Shown here: piece after piece, positions 1 to 9,772 of the stretch
Numbering within the stretch: position 1 is the stretch's first letter
How the letters are laid out: the number at the start of each line of letters is the position of its first letter
Source: Zymomonas mobilis subsp. mobilis ATCC 10988
GTDB lineage: Bacteria > Pseudomonadota > Alphaproteobacteria > Sphingomonadales > Sphingomonadaceae
Reading direction: 5' to 3'
Length of the DNA: 32,000 nt
Assembly: GCF_000175255.2 (NCBI RefSeq)
Contig: NC_017262.1
Coordinates: 1,620,001 to 1,652,000 of the forward strand
Notes under the pieces: model-generated
Database searches by the model: none
Told to the model about the DNA's origin: nothing
What the model saw: only the letters and a program-made list of their open reading frames with translations
Position numbers and translations under genes: made by a program

Positions 1-1026
1 ATTGTCTATATCAGACAATACATCTCCCGTTTTCCAATGAAGGTAATTAGGATCATTTTGCCATTCGACATTATGGCTGTTCATGAAAAGGCTGGGACGC
101 GGGTAATAGAGGAATTCGTAAATCTGGCTAGAAACATCACCGAGATAAATGTCCGCCGCCATTGTATAGGTCATATCATTGGAAGCCGCGCTTCCAAGAT
201 CAATATGGATATTCGGCGCATCCCAGTATTTTTGAGCAATCTTTCCCGGTTTTTTGAGCCGTAACTGATCAATCGTCAGAACAAAAGGGCGATGAAACAG
301 CATGACATGCGGTGCAAAAATCAGATTATAGCGGTCACTTTTATAGAAATAATCCAGAATTTTACGGCCATCCTCATACCATGAAGAAAGATGCGGAGCA
401 GGGTGGGGGTTATATAAGACTGTAGGACGACCATTGGCTTGCATCGGTAAAAGACGCGGCTTTTCGGGTAAAAGACTAAATTTGGGATAGCCAATAATAG
501 AAATTTTATCGGGATTAACCGCAGCGTCTTTGATAAGGCGATCTCTGATTTTGGAGCCTGAGACCAAAACATGGTCGAATAAAGCACTCATCTTATCAAA
601 ACCGACGGCTCTGTCGCCTGCGCCATGGCGGGTGTGGATAATTTTTAGATGATCGAGATGGTAGCGGCTTTTGAGAATAAGCGATGTTTTTTCTGAAACA
701 ACTAAAATATCCAATGACCGAAAAAAATCGAGATTATCCTTATAGATACCCAATTTTTTAACAGGCAGGAATTTTTCAAATGTATATGCCGCCAGTCTTG
801 TCATCGGGCTGACCGTTTTTAACTCAACAATGTTGATATCCGGTTTATGGAGCTTTTCAGCAAGCCGTCTGATTTCTTTGGTGATGATATCATTGGTTGT
901 TGCAATAACAATATCGAGATTGGGCGCTAGCTCCATAAGAGCTATGGCCGTCGGTAGTGCATGAGCAATTTGATGTGCCTGATCGTGATTAAATAAAAAT
1001 GCAACTTTAATCGATTCAGAGGCCAT
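1..1026 (-). CDS. Putative glycosyl/CDP-glycerol glycerophosphotransferase-like protein, partial (runs off the left edge)
   Basis: Minus-strand frame open from ATG at 1026 (MASESIKVAFLFNHDQAHQIAHALPTAIALMELAPNIDIVIATTN...) to position 1. Absent from the supplied ORF track, probably because it has no stop in the window. Motifs such as 'ADIYLGDVSSQIYEFL' and 'IIHTRHGAGDR' resemble the TagB/TagF-like fold; family call by eye only. Confidence 0.65.
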   Translation of the reverse strand, partial: MASESIKVAFLFNHDQAHQIAHALPTAIALMELAPNLDIVIATTNDIITKEIRRLAEKLHKPDINIVELKTVSPMTRLAAYTFEKFLPVKKLGIYKDNLDFFRSLDILVVSEKTSLILKSRYHLDHLKIIHTRHGAGDRAVGFDKMSALFDHVLVSGSKIRDRLIKDAAVNPDKISIIGYPKFSLLPEKPRLLPMQANGRPTVLYNPHPAPHLSSWYEDGRKILDYFYKSDRYNLIFAPHVMLFHRPFVLTIDQLRLKKPGKIAQKYWDAPNIHIDLGSAASNDMTYTMAADIYLGDVSSQIYEFLYYPRPSLFMNSHNVEWQNDPNYLHWKTGDVLSDIDN

Positions 1027-1313
1027 GCTTTAAGTCATCCCTAAAAACAGGAGTTCCGCATAAAGATTTTGTTCGGATCATCTAAAAAATTGAATGTTAT
1101 CAAATCTTTGCTGATCGCGACTGTTTATCCATTTTGCTATTCTTCTTATGTCATTGCTATGTAAAAGAGAAAAAAGCCTATTTTATGACAAAAAGTATAA
1201 AATTTTAAAAATATAAATAAATTTATATAATATAAATATATTATGTATTTTTTATATATTTTTAAAATATAGATAATCTATTTTAATTGTTGTTGGCAGA
1301 AAATAGATAATAA

Positions 1314-1349
1314 AAAACCGGACATATCTATTAAAATAGAGATATCCGG
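1314..1349 (-). terminator. Rho-independent terminator of the oxyR-like gene
   Basis: Minus strand reads ccggatatctctat-ttta-atagatatgtccgg followed by tttttt; imperfect 14-bp stem. Confidence 0.7.
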
Positions 1350-1379
1350 CTTCTTATTACTTAAAAAAGAAAAGAGAAA

Positions 1380-2321
1380 TTAGGCTGCGCCGCTAGCGGC
1401 TTCCAGAGGTTTAAATTTTTTCTGATAAATATTGGTCAGTGTTTCTGCGAGTAAGTGGAATTCTTTCTCGCAAGGACTACCTTTACGCCATACCAAAGAA
1501 ATTGTTCTGGAAGGATATTGAGACGCTAATGGCCGTGCATCAATATGGGTGTTATCCAGCAAGCCAGCATCTATCGCCATTTTCGGAAGCAGGGTAATCC
1601 CAAGACCATTATCAACCATCTGCACCAGCGTGTGCAAAGAGGTACCCATCATGGTCGCTTCTGCCCGTAATTCGGGACGGTTGCAGGCCGCAAGGGCATG
1701 ATCTTTCAGGCAATGGCCGTCTTCCAATAACAACAGCCGTTTTTCGTCGATCTGATCTGGTGTAATAACATCAGGCAGATGGGCTTGTTCCCCTTGAGGG
1801 AAGGCCACATAAAGCCGATCTTCGAACAGATCAACCGAGGCAATATCCCCACAATGATAGGGTAAAGCCAACAAAACGCAATCAACATGACCACGATGAA
1901 GAGAATCGCAAGCGGCGTTTGTTGTTTCTTCCCGAAGGAAGAGTTTCAACTCTGGCCATTCCGCTCTTAAATCGGGCAGGATACGCGGCAACAGGAAGGG
2001 GGCAATGGTCGGAATAACGCCCATCCGCAGTTCACCACAAAGTGGTTTTCCGGCAGCCCGCGCCATATCGCTTAATTCTTCAGCTTCGCGAAGCACACGT
2101 TGTGCTTTTTCCGAGATACGTAATCCCAGCGGAGTAAAACGGACTACGCGGCGTGTTCTTTCGACCAGCGTAACTCCAATCAGAGACTCAAGCTCACGCA
2201 GTCCTGCCGACAAGGTTGACTGGGTCACGAAACAGGCATCGGCTGCCCGTCCGAAATGTCCGTGATCCTTGAGGGAGACCAGATACTGCAGTTGTTTGAG
2301 CGTAGGGAGGTAAGTTGTCAT
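1380..2321 (-). CDS. oxyR: LysR-family hydrogen peroxide-responsive regulator, OxyR-like
   Basis: 313 aa; N-terminal HTH 'LPTLKQLQYLVSLKDHGHFGRAADACFVTQSTLSAGLRELESLIGVTLVERTRR'; divergent from a peroxiredoxin gene; 'LLLLEDGHCLKDHALAAC' matches the OxyR region around the reactive cysteine. Confidence 0.88.
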   Translation of the reverse strand: MTTYLPTLKQLQYLVSLKDHGHFGRAADACFVTQSTLSAGLRELESLIGVTLVERTRRVVRFTPLGLRISEKAQRVLREAEELSDMARAAGKPLCGELRMGVIPTIAPFLLPRILPDLRAEWPELKLFLREETTNAACDSLHRGHVDCVLLALPYHCGDIASVDLFEDRLYVAFPQGEQAHLPDVITPDQIDEKRLLLLEDGHCLKDHALAACNRPELRAEATMMGTSLHTLVQMVDNGLGITLLPKMAIDAGLLDNTHIDARPLASQYPSRTISLVWRKGSPCEKEFHLLAETLTNIYQKKFKPLEAASGAA

Positions 2322-2512
2322 GATTGTCCCTCTCGATCAATGCAAGCTTCATAATCAATTTGATCACAGAAGAGCAACTGTTATTTATAGTATCAGTTGT
2401 AAAACAAATATGACCTTACGATAGCTTGTGACTGTGTGTTTGATTGAATAGCTTTAAGATTGTAACAATATAGCTAATATCAATCATATTTTAAAATATG
2501 GGAGTATTCATA

Positions 2513-3055
2513 ATGCTTACTGTTGGTGATAAATTTCCCGCTTTGAAATTACCTGTTCAGCAGGGTGTATCTGCCTTGCCGAATGGTGAAACTATTGACC
2601 TTGGCGAAACAAATGGCAAGTGGAAGGTCGTCTTTTTTTGGCCGATGGATTTCACTTTTGTCTGCCCGACCGAAATTGTGGGCTATAACGATATCAAAGA
2701 AGACCTGTCTTTGCGCGATGCCGTTCTGATCGGTGGTTCTTGTGATACCGCTTTCGTCCATTACGCTTGGCGGAAATCTGACGAACGTTTGGAGAATGCT
2801 GACTTCCCGTGGATTGCAGATAATTCCAAAAAGCTGGCCTCTGCTTTGGGTATTGTGAATGAAGAAGCAGGCGTTGCCTATCGCGCAACCTTCATTGTTG
2901 ATCCGAACAATGTCATTCAGCATGTGACGGTCAACTCTTTGAATGTTGGCCGTAATCCGGCAGAAGCCTTGCGCGTTCTGGATGCTTTGCAGACCGATGA
3001 CCTTTGCCCTTGCAACTGGCATAAAGGCGAAGAAGTGCTTGATCCTAAAGCCTAA
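2513..3055 (+). CDS. Peroxiredoxin (AhpC/TSA family)
   Basis: 'FFWPMDFTFVCPTEIVGYNDIKEDLSLRDAVLIGGSCDTAFVHYAWRK' holds the peroxidatic Cys context; ORF track opens at 2498 but ATGCTTACTGTTGGT at 2513 is the likelier start. Confidence 0.92.
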   Translation: MLTVGDKFPALKLPVQQGVSALPNGETIDLGETNGKWKVVFFWPMDFTFVCPTEIVGYNDIKEDLSLRDAVLIGGSCDTAFVHYAWRKSDERLENADFPWIADNSKKLASALGIVNEEAGVAYRATFIVDPNNVIQHVTVNSLNVGRNPAEALRVLDALQTDDLCPCNWHKGEEVLDPKA

Positions 3056-3082
3056 GCCTGAATTCTATTCTCACTTTTACGA

Positions 3083-3116
3083 AAAGCAGCTCGATCATCT
3101 CGGGCTGCTTTTTTTG
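3083..3116 (+). terminator. Rho-independent terminator of the peroxiredoxin gene
   Basis: agcagctcga-tcatc-tcgggctgct followed by tttttt. Confidence 0.85.
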
Positions 3117-3399
3117 TGGGCTTTAGATGACAATGGATTTGCAAAGAAATAGGTGTTTCTCGCTTTTTAGAATAAAATTTTTCGTTTTTTATAGTCAAAG
3201 ATAGATTTTTTTTCTAAAACCATTCCTGCTTCTTGCTGCCACTTTTATACCCAGCAAGCAGGCATATGGGGGAGTTGATATTTTTTCCATTTCTCCGATG
3301 GATCAAATTTTTATGAAAAGAGCTATTTTCGATTATAGGAAAGGCGCAATATAAAAGAAGCCTTGTCGAACATCTCTCTTTTCAAAGAGAAGCCGGTTT

Positions 3400-4173
3400 A
3401 TGTTCAATTCTTTTGTTTCTTATCTTGAATCCATTAAAATGCGTGACCCTGCGCCACGCTCGCGTTGGGAAATCCTGCTTTATCCGGGTGTTTGGGCTTT
3501 GGTGCTGCATCGTTTGGCTCATTGGCTCTATCAAGGCGAATTGTATTTTCTGGCTCGGATTGTGAATCATTTTAGCCGTTTTCTAACCAGTATCGATATT
3601 CATCCGGGTGCCAAAATAGGCCGCAATTTCTTTGTTGATCATGGTTTCGTCGTGATCGGTGAAACTGCCTGCATTGGCGACAATGTGACACTTTACCAAT
3701 GCTCGACCCTTGGCGGTACTGACCCTTCCAATGGTATCGGTGGAAAACGCCATCCGACTCTTTGTGATGGTGTTATCGTTGGGTCTGGCGCTCAAATATT
3801 GGGGCCTATCGAAATCGGTGAAAATGCGCGTGTCGGTGCCAATGCGGTGGTGACGCGTGATGTTGAAAAGAATGCCGTTATGGTAGGAATACCGGCACGC
3901 TCTATTCATGAAGATGCCGCCGCCTCGAAAGTCGAAAAACCGAAAACCGAATTTGTGCCTTATGGGACGCCCTGTGACGATTGTCAGGATCCTAATCTTC
4001 AGGATCTTCAAGCCCTTCATACAGAAATAGATGCTTTAAAAGAGAAAATTGCCAGTTTTATGATGTCTCAAAAAGCGGGCTTATCTGAAAATTCCGATAA
4101 AAATCTGCCGATGGTTAATCCTGATCAGATTCGTCTTGATAAAAAAGACGGTAAAGGCTCTTCCGCGGAATGA
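3400..4173 (+). CDS. cysE: Serine O-acetyltransferase, EpsC/CysE family
   Basis: Hexapeptide-repeat acyltransferase: 'IDIHPGAKIGRNFFVDHGFVVIGETACIGDNVTLYQCSTLGGTDPS...GKRHPTLCDGVIVGSGAQILGPIEIG'. Confidence 0.9.
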   Translation: MFNSFVSYLESIKMRDPAPRSRWEILLYPGVWALVLHRLAHWLYQGELYFLARIVNHFSRFLTSIDIHPGAKIGRNFFVDHGFVVIGETACIGDNVTLYQCSTLGGTDPSNGIGGKRHPTLCDGVIVGSGAQILGPIEIGENARVGANAVVTRDVEKNAVMVGIPARSIHEDAAASKVEKPKTEFVPYGTPCDDCQDPNLQDLQALHTEIDALKEKIASFMMSQKAGLSENSDKNLPMVNPDQIRLDKKDGKGSSAE

Positions 4174-4514
4174 GCAGTATTACGCCCATTGCACCTATGC
4201 CGCGTTATGCGGTTCAGGTGGGTTTTACCCGACCTGAAATTTTGCGATTGATGGATCTCTATGGGCGTATGGTGGCGGCAGGGCATTGGCGTGATTATGC
4301 TCTCAGTTTTGAGACGACAAAGGCCAGTTTCTCTGCCTTTCGCCGCACCGCAGAACGACCGGAATATCGGGTCGAAAAACAACCTGCGCTTCGACTAAAA
4401 CAAGGTATGTGGATTCTTTATGGTGAGGGCGGTCAAATTTTGAAACGGTCGCATGAATTGGTCAATATTCTTGCTCCAATTGAGCGGCGTTTAATCAAGT
4501 TGATTGCTGACTAG
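4170..4514 (+). CDS. DUF2794-like conserved alphaproteobacterial protein
   Basis: 114 aa, 'VGFTRPEILRLMDLYGRMVAAGHWRDYALSFETTKASFSAFRRTAERPEYRVEKQP'; ATGA 4-bp overlap with the acetyltransferase gene. Confidence 0.7.
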   Translation: MSSITPIAPMPRYAVQVGFTRPEILRLMDLYGRMVAAGHWRDYALSFETTKASFSAFRRTAERPEYRVEKQPALRLKQGMWILYGEGGQILKRSHELVNILAPIERRLIKLIAD

Positions 4515-5360
4515 GCTCAGGACTCATTCTTTGAGATAGAAGATGAAACTTGCTGCGATATGGATTGCTGACATGAATGTGTGAGCGCACCGGTCGTATC
4601 GTGTTGCGACACGCCGCCAGTCTTTGAGCTTTGCGAACATATTTTCGATGAGGTGACGCTTTTTATACAGATGCCAGTCGTAAGGCGGCTTTGATTTCCG
4701 GTTCTTCTTCGGCGGAATACAGGCGGTGATATTCCGGTCTGCGAGAGACTGTCTGATTTTATTACTGTCGTATCCCCGGTCCCCGAGAATTTCTTGTGTT
4801 TCTTCCGGCAGATTTGCCAGCAGAACATCCGCGCCTTTGAAGTCACTGACCTGACCTGCGGTCAGATGCAGCCGGACAGGGCGGCCCTGACTATCGCATA
4901 CAGCGTGAAGCTTTGAGTTCAGTCCGCCTTTCGTGCGTCCGATATGGCGGGGAAAAGCCCCTTTTTGAGCAGGGAGGCCGCTGTCCGGTGTGCTTTCAGA
5001 TGTGTTGCATCGATCATCAGACGCTTTGAACGGCCTGCCTGCTCCGTCAGGGCGACGAAGATCCGGTCAAAGACACCCAGGCGGCTCCACCGGATAAACC
5101 GGTTGTATAAAGTCTTGTGCGGGCCATACGCTTTCGGGGCGTCTTTCCACTGAAGGCCGTTGCGGATCACGTAAACGATCCCGCTCAGGACACGACGGTC
5201 ATCGACACGCGGCACACCATGCGCCAGTGGAAAAAACGGCTTAATCCGTTCCATCTGGTGCTCAGACAGCAAAAACACGTCACTCACAGCTTCACCTCCA
5301 TCGGTAAACCTGTGAATCACAACAGCCCGCTCAACTCAAGAAATTAACAGGTCCTGAGCC
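4514..5360 (-). mobile_element. IS5-family insertion sequence (IS427-group-like), apparently complete, about 847 bp
   Basis: Terminal inverted repeats GGCTCAGGAC (4514-4523) and GTCCTGAGCC (5351-5360), flanked on both sides by TA (4512-4513 and 5361-5362), or equivalently by CTAG overlapping the ends; internal two-frame DDE transposase. Confidence 0.9.
4524..5320 (-). CDS. IS5-family transposase, two overlapping frames joined by a -1 frameshift
   Basis: First frame 4919-5320 (MIHRFTDGGEAVSDVFLLSEHQMERIKPFFP...LMIDATHLKAHRTAASLLKKG...). The second frame continues as AFPRHIGRTKGGLNSKLHAVCDSQGRPVRLHLTAGQVSDFKGADVLLANLPEETQEILGDRGYDSNKIRQSLADRNITACIPPKKNRKSKPPYDWHLYKKRHLIENMFAKLKDWRRVATRYDRCAHTFMSAIHIAASFIFYLKE*. 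Confidence 0.9.
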
Positions 5361-5484
5361 TAGTAAGACCTAATCCTGATTTGTATTTGTTAAAATTTTA
5401 TTAAAAATTCGAGCTTTTTCTTGTGTCTATTTCCTTTCTGCTGCATGAACAGAGATAGGAATAACTGCTAGGGAAAAGGCTGTA

Positions 5485-5970
5485 GTGTTAGAAAATACCG
5501 ATTCCGGTTTTCATCTGTCTACCAAAGGGCGGTCTCATACACTCTATATTTTGCCTTTATTATTGGCCATTCCTGTAGGTTTGTTAGCGCAGGCTTCGGC
5601 TTTTCATCAGAAATATTCTATCTATGGCCACTGGCAACATATTCAGGAATCCCAAGCGGATTTTGTGAATACGCATGATGCTTCATCTATTACGGTAAAA
5701 TGCGATAAAGCCGCACAGCGTCTGGTCTTGACCTTTAATGGTTATTCTGATTCCGCTTTGCATATTACTGCTCGCGGTTTTTCTGAAAATTATACCCTTA
5801 TTCCAGATGAAAAAGGGAAGATGACGTTGGTCTTTAAACCCCATGATAGCTTCATCAAGAAACTATCTTCTGGCACGACTTCAGTGAGCTTTGAAGGCAA
5901 CAAGCCAAAAAAATGGGTAATGCAGAATAACCGTCAGCTTTTCCGCATTACCCAATATTGCTGGAGTTAG
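5485..5970 (+). CDS. Hypothetical protein with N-terminal hydrophobic segment (membrane-anchored or secreted)
   Basis: 161 aa ORF; 'SHTLYILPLLLAIPVGLLAQASA' signal/anchor-like; no family recognised. Confidence 0.6.
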   Translation: MLENTDSGFHLSTKGRSHTLYILPLLLAIPVGLLAQASAFHQKYSIYGHWQHIQESQADFVNTHDASSITVKCDKAAQRLVLTFNGYSDSALHITARGFSENYTLIPDEKGKMTLVFKPHDSFIKKLSSGTTSVSFEGNKPKKWVMQNNRQLFRITQYCWS

Positions 5971-5973
5971 GCC

Positions 5974-7185
5974 TTATTCAGCGGCAATGCTATCATTGCC
6001 TTGAATACCCAGCGACGTAAAATAGCGTTTAATGTTACGGGCAGCTTGACGAATACGATGTTCGTTTTCGACAAAGGCCAAGCGGACATAGCCTTCACCC
6101 TTTTCACCATAGCCGACACCCGGAGCAACAGCGACTTTTGCGTGGGTGAGCAACTGTTTAGAAAATTCTAAGCTGCCCAAATGCGCTAATTCTTTTGGAA
6201 GCGGTGCCCAAGCAAACATCGAAGCCTTGGGCGCTGGGATCGGCCAACCGACCCGCGTAAAACTTTCGACCATGACATCGCGCCGTCTTTTGTAGAGTTC
6301 GCGATTCTTTTCAATGATGTCTTGAGGGCCATTGATGGCCGCAACCGCGGCTGCCTGAATTGGCGTAAAAGCGCCATAATCAAGATAGCTTTTGACGCGG
6401 GTGAGGGCAGCGATCAGCTTTTTATTACCGACTGCAAAGCCAATACGCCATCCCGCCATAGAATAGGTTTTGGATAAAGAGGTGAATTCAACCGCAACAT
6501 CTTTTGCACCCGGAATCTGAAGAATTGAAGGCGGAGGATTGCCATCAAAATAGATTTCAGAATAGGCAAGATCCGATAAAACCCAGATGTTATGCCGACG
6601 AGCGAAATCAACCACGCGTTCGTAGAAAGCAAGATCGGCGACTTCGGCCGTTGGATTCGACGGATAACCGATAACCATGGCGCTTGGTTTGGGAACCGTG
6701 AAATTGATAGCGCGCTCAAGGTCTTTAAAGAAATTTTCATCCGGCGTTGTCGGAATAGAGCGAATCGTTGCACCCGCAATAATAAAACCGAACATATGAA
6801 TCGGATAGCTGGGGTTCGGTGCCAAAATGACATCACCCGGTGCAGTAATTGCCTGCGCCAGATTGGCTAGTCCTTCTTTCGATCCCAAAGTGACAACGAC
6901 TTCACTTTCGGGGTCAACGTCAACACCGAAACGACGCTGATAATAAGCTGCCTGTGCTTTTCTTAAGCCCGGGATGCCGCGTGATGCAGAATAGCCATGG
7001 GCATCCGGTTTATTGGCAACTTCTGCCAATTTATCAATAACATGGGAGGGGGGTGGTTGATCCGGATTGCCCATACCAAGATCAATAATATCCTCTCCTG
7101 CCGCTCGTGCCGCGGCCCGCATCGCGTTGACTTCAGCGATCACATAAGGGGGCAAGCGACGGATACGGTAGAATGGCTCGGACAT
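5974..7185 (-). CDS. alaC: PLP-dependent class I/II aminotransferase (AlaC/LL-diaminopimelate aminotransferase-like)
   Basis: 403 aa: 'MSEPFYRIRRLPPYVIAEVNAMRAAARAAGEDIIDLGMGNPDQPPP', PLP-lysine motif 'SLSKTYSMAGWRIGFAVGN'. Exact substrate specificity uncertain. Confidence 0.85.
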   Translation of the reverse strand: MSEPFYRIRRLPPYVIAEVNAMRAAARAAGEDIIDLGMGNPDQPPPSHVIDKLAEVANKPDAHGYSASRGIPGLRKAQAAYYQRRFGVDVDPESEVVVTLGSKEGLANLAQAITAPGDVILAPNPSYPIHMFGFIIAGATIRSIPTTPDENFFKDLERAINFTVPKPSAMVIGYPSNPTAEVADLAFYERVVDFARRHNIWVLSDLAYSEIYFDGNPPPSILQIPGAKDVAVEFTSLSKTYSMAGWRIGFAVGNKKLIAALTRVKSYLDYGAFTPIQAAAVAAINGPQDIIEKNRELYKRRRDVMVESFTRVGWPIPAPKASMFAWAPLPKELAHLGSLEFSKQLLTHAKVAVAPGVGYGEKGEGYVRLAFVENEHRIRQAARNIKRYFTSLGIQGNDSIAAE

Positions 7186-7523
7186 TTTAACTCCTTGGCC
7201 GAATAAGAATAATGGGTTCTTTGTTTTAAATACGCTTTTATTCGGGGAGCACGACTATAGGATTTTCTCGGAAAGATAGTAAGATGCTATTAGAGATTTT
7301 AAAAAAAAACTGCTTGAAAATTTTATATTATCAAAAGGCTTTTCCAAGATATTTTTTATCGTTTTTTATGAATAATCCGCGCTCGGTTATCTTGTTTATG
7401 ATAAAGAGCAGTGTCATATCATTGACAAAATTTTTAAATCCAAAATTGGCGGTCATCTCTTTTTGATAACCAGAGTTCTGGCGCGCCATCCAATCTATTG
7501 GAAAATGATAATCCGGGGGTTTT

Positions 7524-7847
7524 ATGAGCGGCGACAAGGATTTTGACAAGGATAGTGATGTTACAGTCATTACCCGCACCACGCCCCAGACAAAAAAACC
7601 GCAACCCTACAAGGTTTTAATGTTGAATGACGACTATACGCCCATGGAATTTGTGGTGCTTTGTCTTCAGCGTTTTTTCCGTATGGGTATTGAAGATGCT
7701 ACCAAAGTCATGTTGCAGGTGCATCAGCGCGGGGTCGGTATCTGTGGCGTCTTTACCTATGAAGTAGCAGAAACAAAGGTCAATCAGGTTGTTGATTTTG
7801 CCCGTCAGCATCAACATCCGTTGCAATGCACTTTAGAAAAAGCCTAA
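7524..7847 (+). CDS. clpS: ATP-dependent Clp protease adaptor ClpS
   Basis: '[62 protein letters not shown]'. Confidence 0.97.
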   Translation: MSGDKDFDKDSDVTVITRTTPQTKKPQPYKVLMLNDDYTPMEFVVLCLQRFFRMGIEDATKVMLQVHQRGVGICGVFTYEVAETKVNQVVDFARQHQHPLQCTLEKA

Positions 7848-7951
7848 CCTTGTTTTCTGGCAGGCAAGAGCGACAGAAAAGATTGTAATTTTCTCTGTCA
7901 TTCTAGGCTAAATGCTTGGCGCTGCGCGTGTTTGAAGATAGAAACGAGCTT

Positions 7952-9232
7952 ATGGATCGTATCAAAATTCGCGGTGGCCATCGCTTGAAAGGCCGAATTC
8001 CTGTTTCCGGCGCTAAAAATGCCGTTTTGGCGTTAATGCCTGCCAGTCTTTTAACCAGTGACTCTTTAACGCTTATCAATCTTCCGCGCCTCGCGGATGT
8101 GGATAGCTGTTGCCATTTGTTGAATGAATTAGGCGTTTCAACAATGGTAGCTCGGAGTAAGGGAGATCATCCCGGGCGTGAAATTACGCTGACGGCGGAT
8201 ACTATCGCTTCGACGGTTGCCCCTTATGATATCGTTCGTAAAATGCGCGCTTCGATTCTCGTTTTGGGGCCTTTATTGGCAAGAGAAGGCGAAGCAACGG
8301 TTTCGCTCCCAGGCGGCTGTGCTATCGGTAACCGTCCGATTGATTTACATCTTCGGGCTTTGGAAGCTTTGGGTGCCGAAATTGAGCTGACGGCGGGATA
8401 TGTTCGGGCAAGAGCGCCGGATGGCGGTCTTCGAGGCGGTATCATCAGCTTTCCTGTGGTTTCGGTTGGCGCCACTGAAAATGCGATTATGGCAGCGGTG
8501 TTGGCACGCGGTGAAACCGTGATTAATAATGCCGCACGCGAACCTGAAATTGTCGATCTTTGCCAATGTCTTATGGCCATGGGTGCTAAAATTGACGGTG
8601 TCGGCAATAGCCGCCTTGTCATTCATGGTTGTGACCGACTGCATGGGGCGACCCATGTGGTTATGCCTGACCGTATCGAGGCAGGTAGTTATGCCTGTGC
8701 CGCAGCTATCACCGGTGGCGATGTCTTGTTGCAGGGTGCCAGATCAGCGGATATGGCCGAAGTTTTGGTCGAACTGAAAGAAAGCGGCCTCAATATTTCG
8801 GTGGAAGAAGACGGTATCCGTGTTCAGGCCGATGCCCCGTTAAAAGGCCTAACTTTATCGACAGCGCCTTTCCCCGGTTTCCCAACCGATATGCAGGCAC
8901 AATTTATGGCGATGCTGGCCTTAGCTCAGGGCACCAGTGTTCTGACTGAAACCATCTTTGAAAATCGCTATATGCATGTGCCAGAACTCGTCAGGATGGG
9001 TGCCGATATTCAGGTAAAAGGACGGGTCGCCGTTGTAAAAGGTGTCTCAGGATTGGTCGGTGCCGAAGTGATGGCGACCGATTTGCGGGCTTCGATGAGC
9101 TTGATTATCGCGGCTCTGGCCGCCGAAGGCGAAACGCAGGTTCACCGCGTTTATCACCTCGATCGTGGCTATGAACGTTTAGAAGAAAAACTATCTGCTG
9201 TCGGTGCTGATATCGAACGTGTCGGCGGATAA
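7952..9232 (+). CDS. murA: UDP-N-acetylglucosamine 1-carboxyvinyltransferase
   Basis: '[34 protein letters not shown]', catalytic loop region '[27 protein letters not shown]'; ORF opens upstream at 7916. Confidence 0.97.
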   Translation: MDRIKIRGGHRLKGRIPVSGAKNAVLALMPASLLTSDSLTLINLPRLADVDSCCHLLNELGVSTMVARSKGDHPGREITLTADTIASTVAPYDIVRKMRASILVLGPLLAREGEATVSLPGGCAIGNRPIDLHLRALEALGAEIELTAGYVRARAPDGGLRGGIISFPVVSVGATENAIMAAVLARGETVINNAAREPEIVDLCQCLMAMGAKIDGVGNSRLVIHGCDRLHGATHVVMPDRIEAGSYACAAAITGGDVLLQGARSADMAEVLVELKESGLNISVEEDGIRVQADAPLKGLTLSTAPFPGFPTDMQAQFMAMLALAQGTSVLTETIFENRYMHVPELVRMGADIQVKGRVAVVKGVSGLVGAEVMATDLRASMSLIIAALAAEGETQVHRVYHLDRGYERLEEKLSAVGADIERVGG

Positions 9233-9328
9233 AGCCTTAAAAGGGCTGGAATATTTTCAGCCCTTACCTCTCTCCAAGGGGATAAACGGACAGGCTCCAT
9301 TATCCCTATTTTATATATCGGGTAACTA

Positions 9329-9772
9329 ATGACGGAATCTTTGGATTTAGACGATCATAAAAATGACTTGCCTAAAAAAGAGGCAATAATACCCGAACAA
9401 GACCCCTATGATCAGCTCGATCCAACGGCCAAGGCCGAGGCGATCCGTCGTTTTCATAAACAACGGTTGGTTTTGCTTCTTATGGCAGCGGTTGCATGGT
9501 TACTATCTGCTGTAAGCTGGCGTATCGCGCCTTTTGCACATACAATGGGGCTGCCTCGATTGATCTGGGCGCCTACGGCTTTGACCTTTTTTGTTTTCTG
9601 GTCGCGTATGCCACGCAGTTTACGAAATTTTGTTATTCGGTCGATAGTTTTTCCCAGATTGAAAACCCTTTTTCTGGTAAGGGATTTTCTGTTGCCTTGC
9701 CTATTTTTCGGGCTTTCTCTCTGGTCAGTAGGACACGCTTTTCATGGGATGCAAGGGGGGCATATGGGATGA
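9329..9772 (+). CDS. Hypothetical membrane protein
   Basis: 147 aa with two or three hydrophobic segments (LVLLLMAAVAWLLSAV, LIWAPTALTFFVFW, FLLPCLFFGLSLWSVG); ATGA overlap with the downstream gene supports translation. Confidence 0.7.
   Translation: MTESLDLDDHKNDLPKKEAIIPEQDPYDQLDPTAKAEAIRRFHKQRLVLLLMAAVAWLLSAVSWRIAPFAHTMGLPRLIWAPTALTFFVFWSRMPRSLRNFVIRSIVFPRLKTLFLVRDFLLPCLFFGLSLWSVGHAFHGMQGGHMG

Noticed and set aside
1170-1290. AT-rich near-repetitive stretch (ttatataatataaatatatt...)
   Set aside because: Low-complexity intergenic sequence; no consistent repeat unit or CRISPR-like spacing.
4517-4846. Minus-strand 109-aa ORF inside the IS
   Set aside because: Wrong frame. The family-typical transposase C-terminal half is read in the neighbouring frame after the -1 shift.
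8224-8656. Minus-strand ORFs of 132 and 103 aa inside murA
   Set aside because: Shadow ORFs antisense to a strongly supported gene with no recognisable domain.
9496-9768. N-terminal extension of the PgeF ORF
   Set aside because: The extension is out-of-frame reading through the upstream membrane-protein gene. Homology-like sequence starts at MTIEIYKSS (9769), coupled by ATGA.
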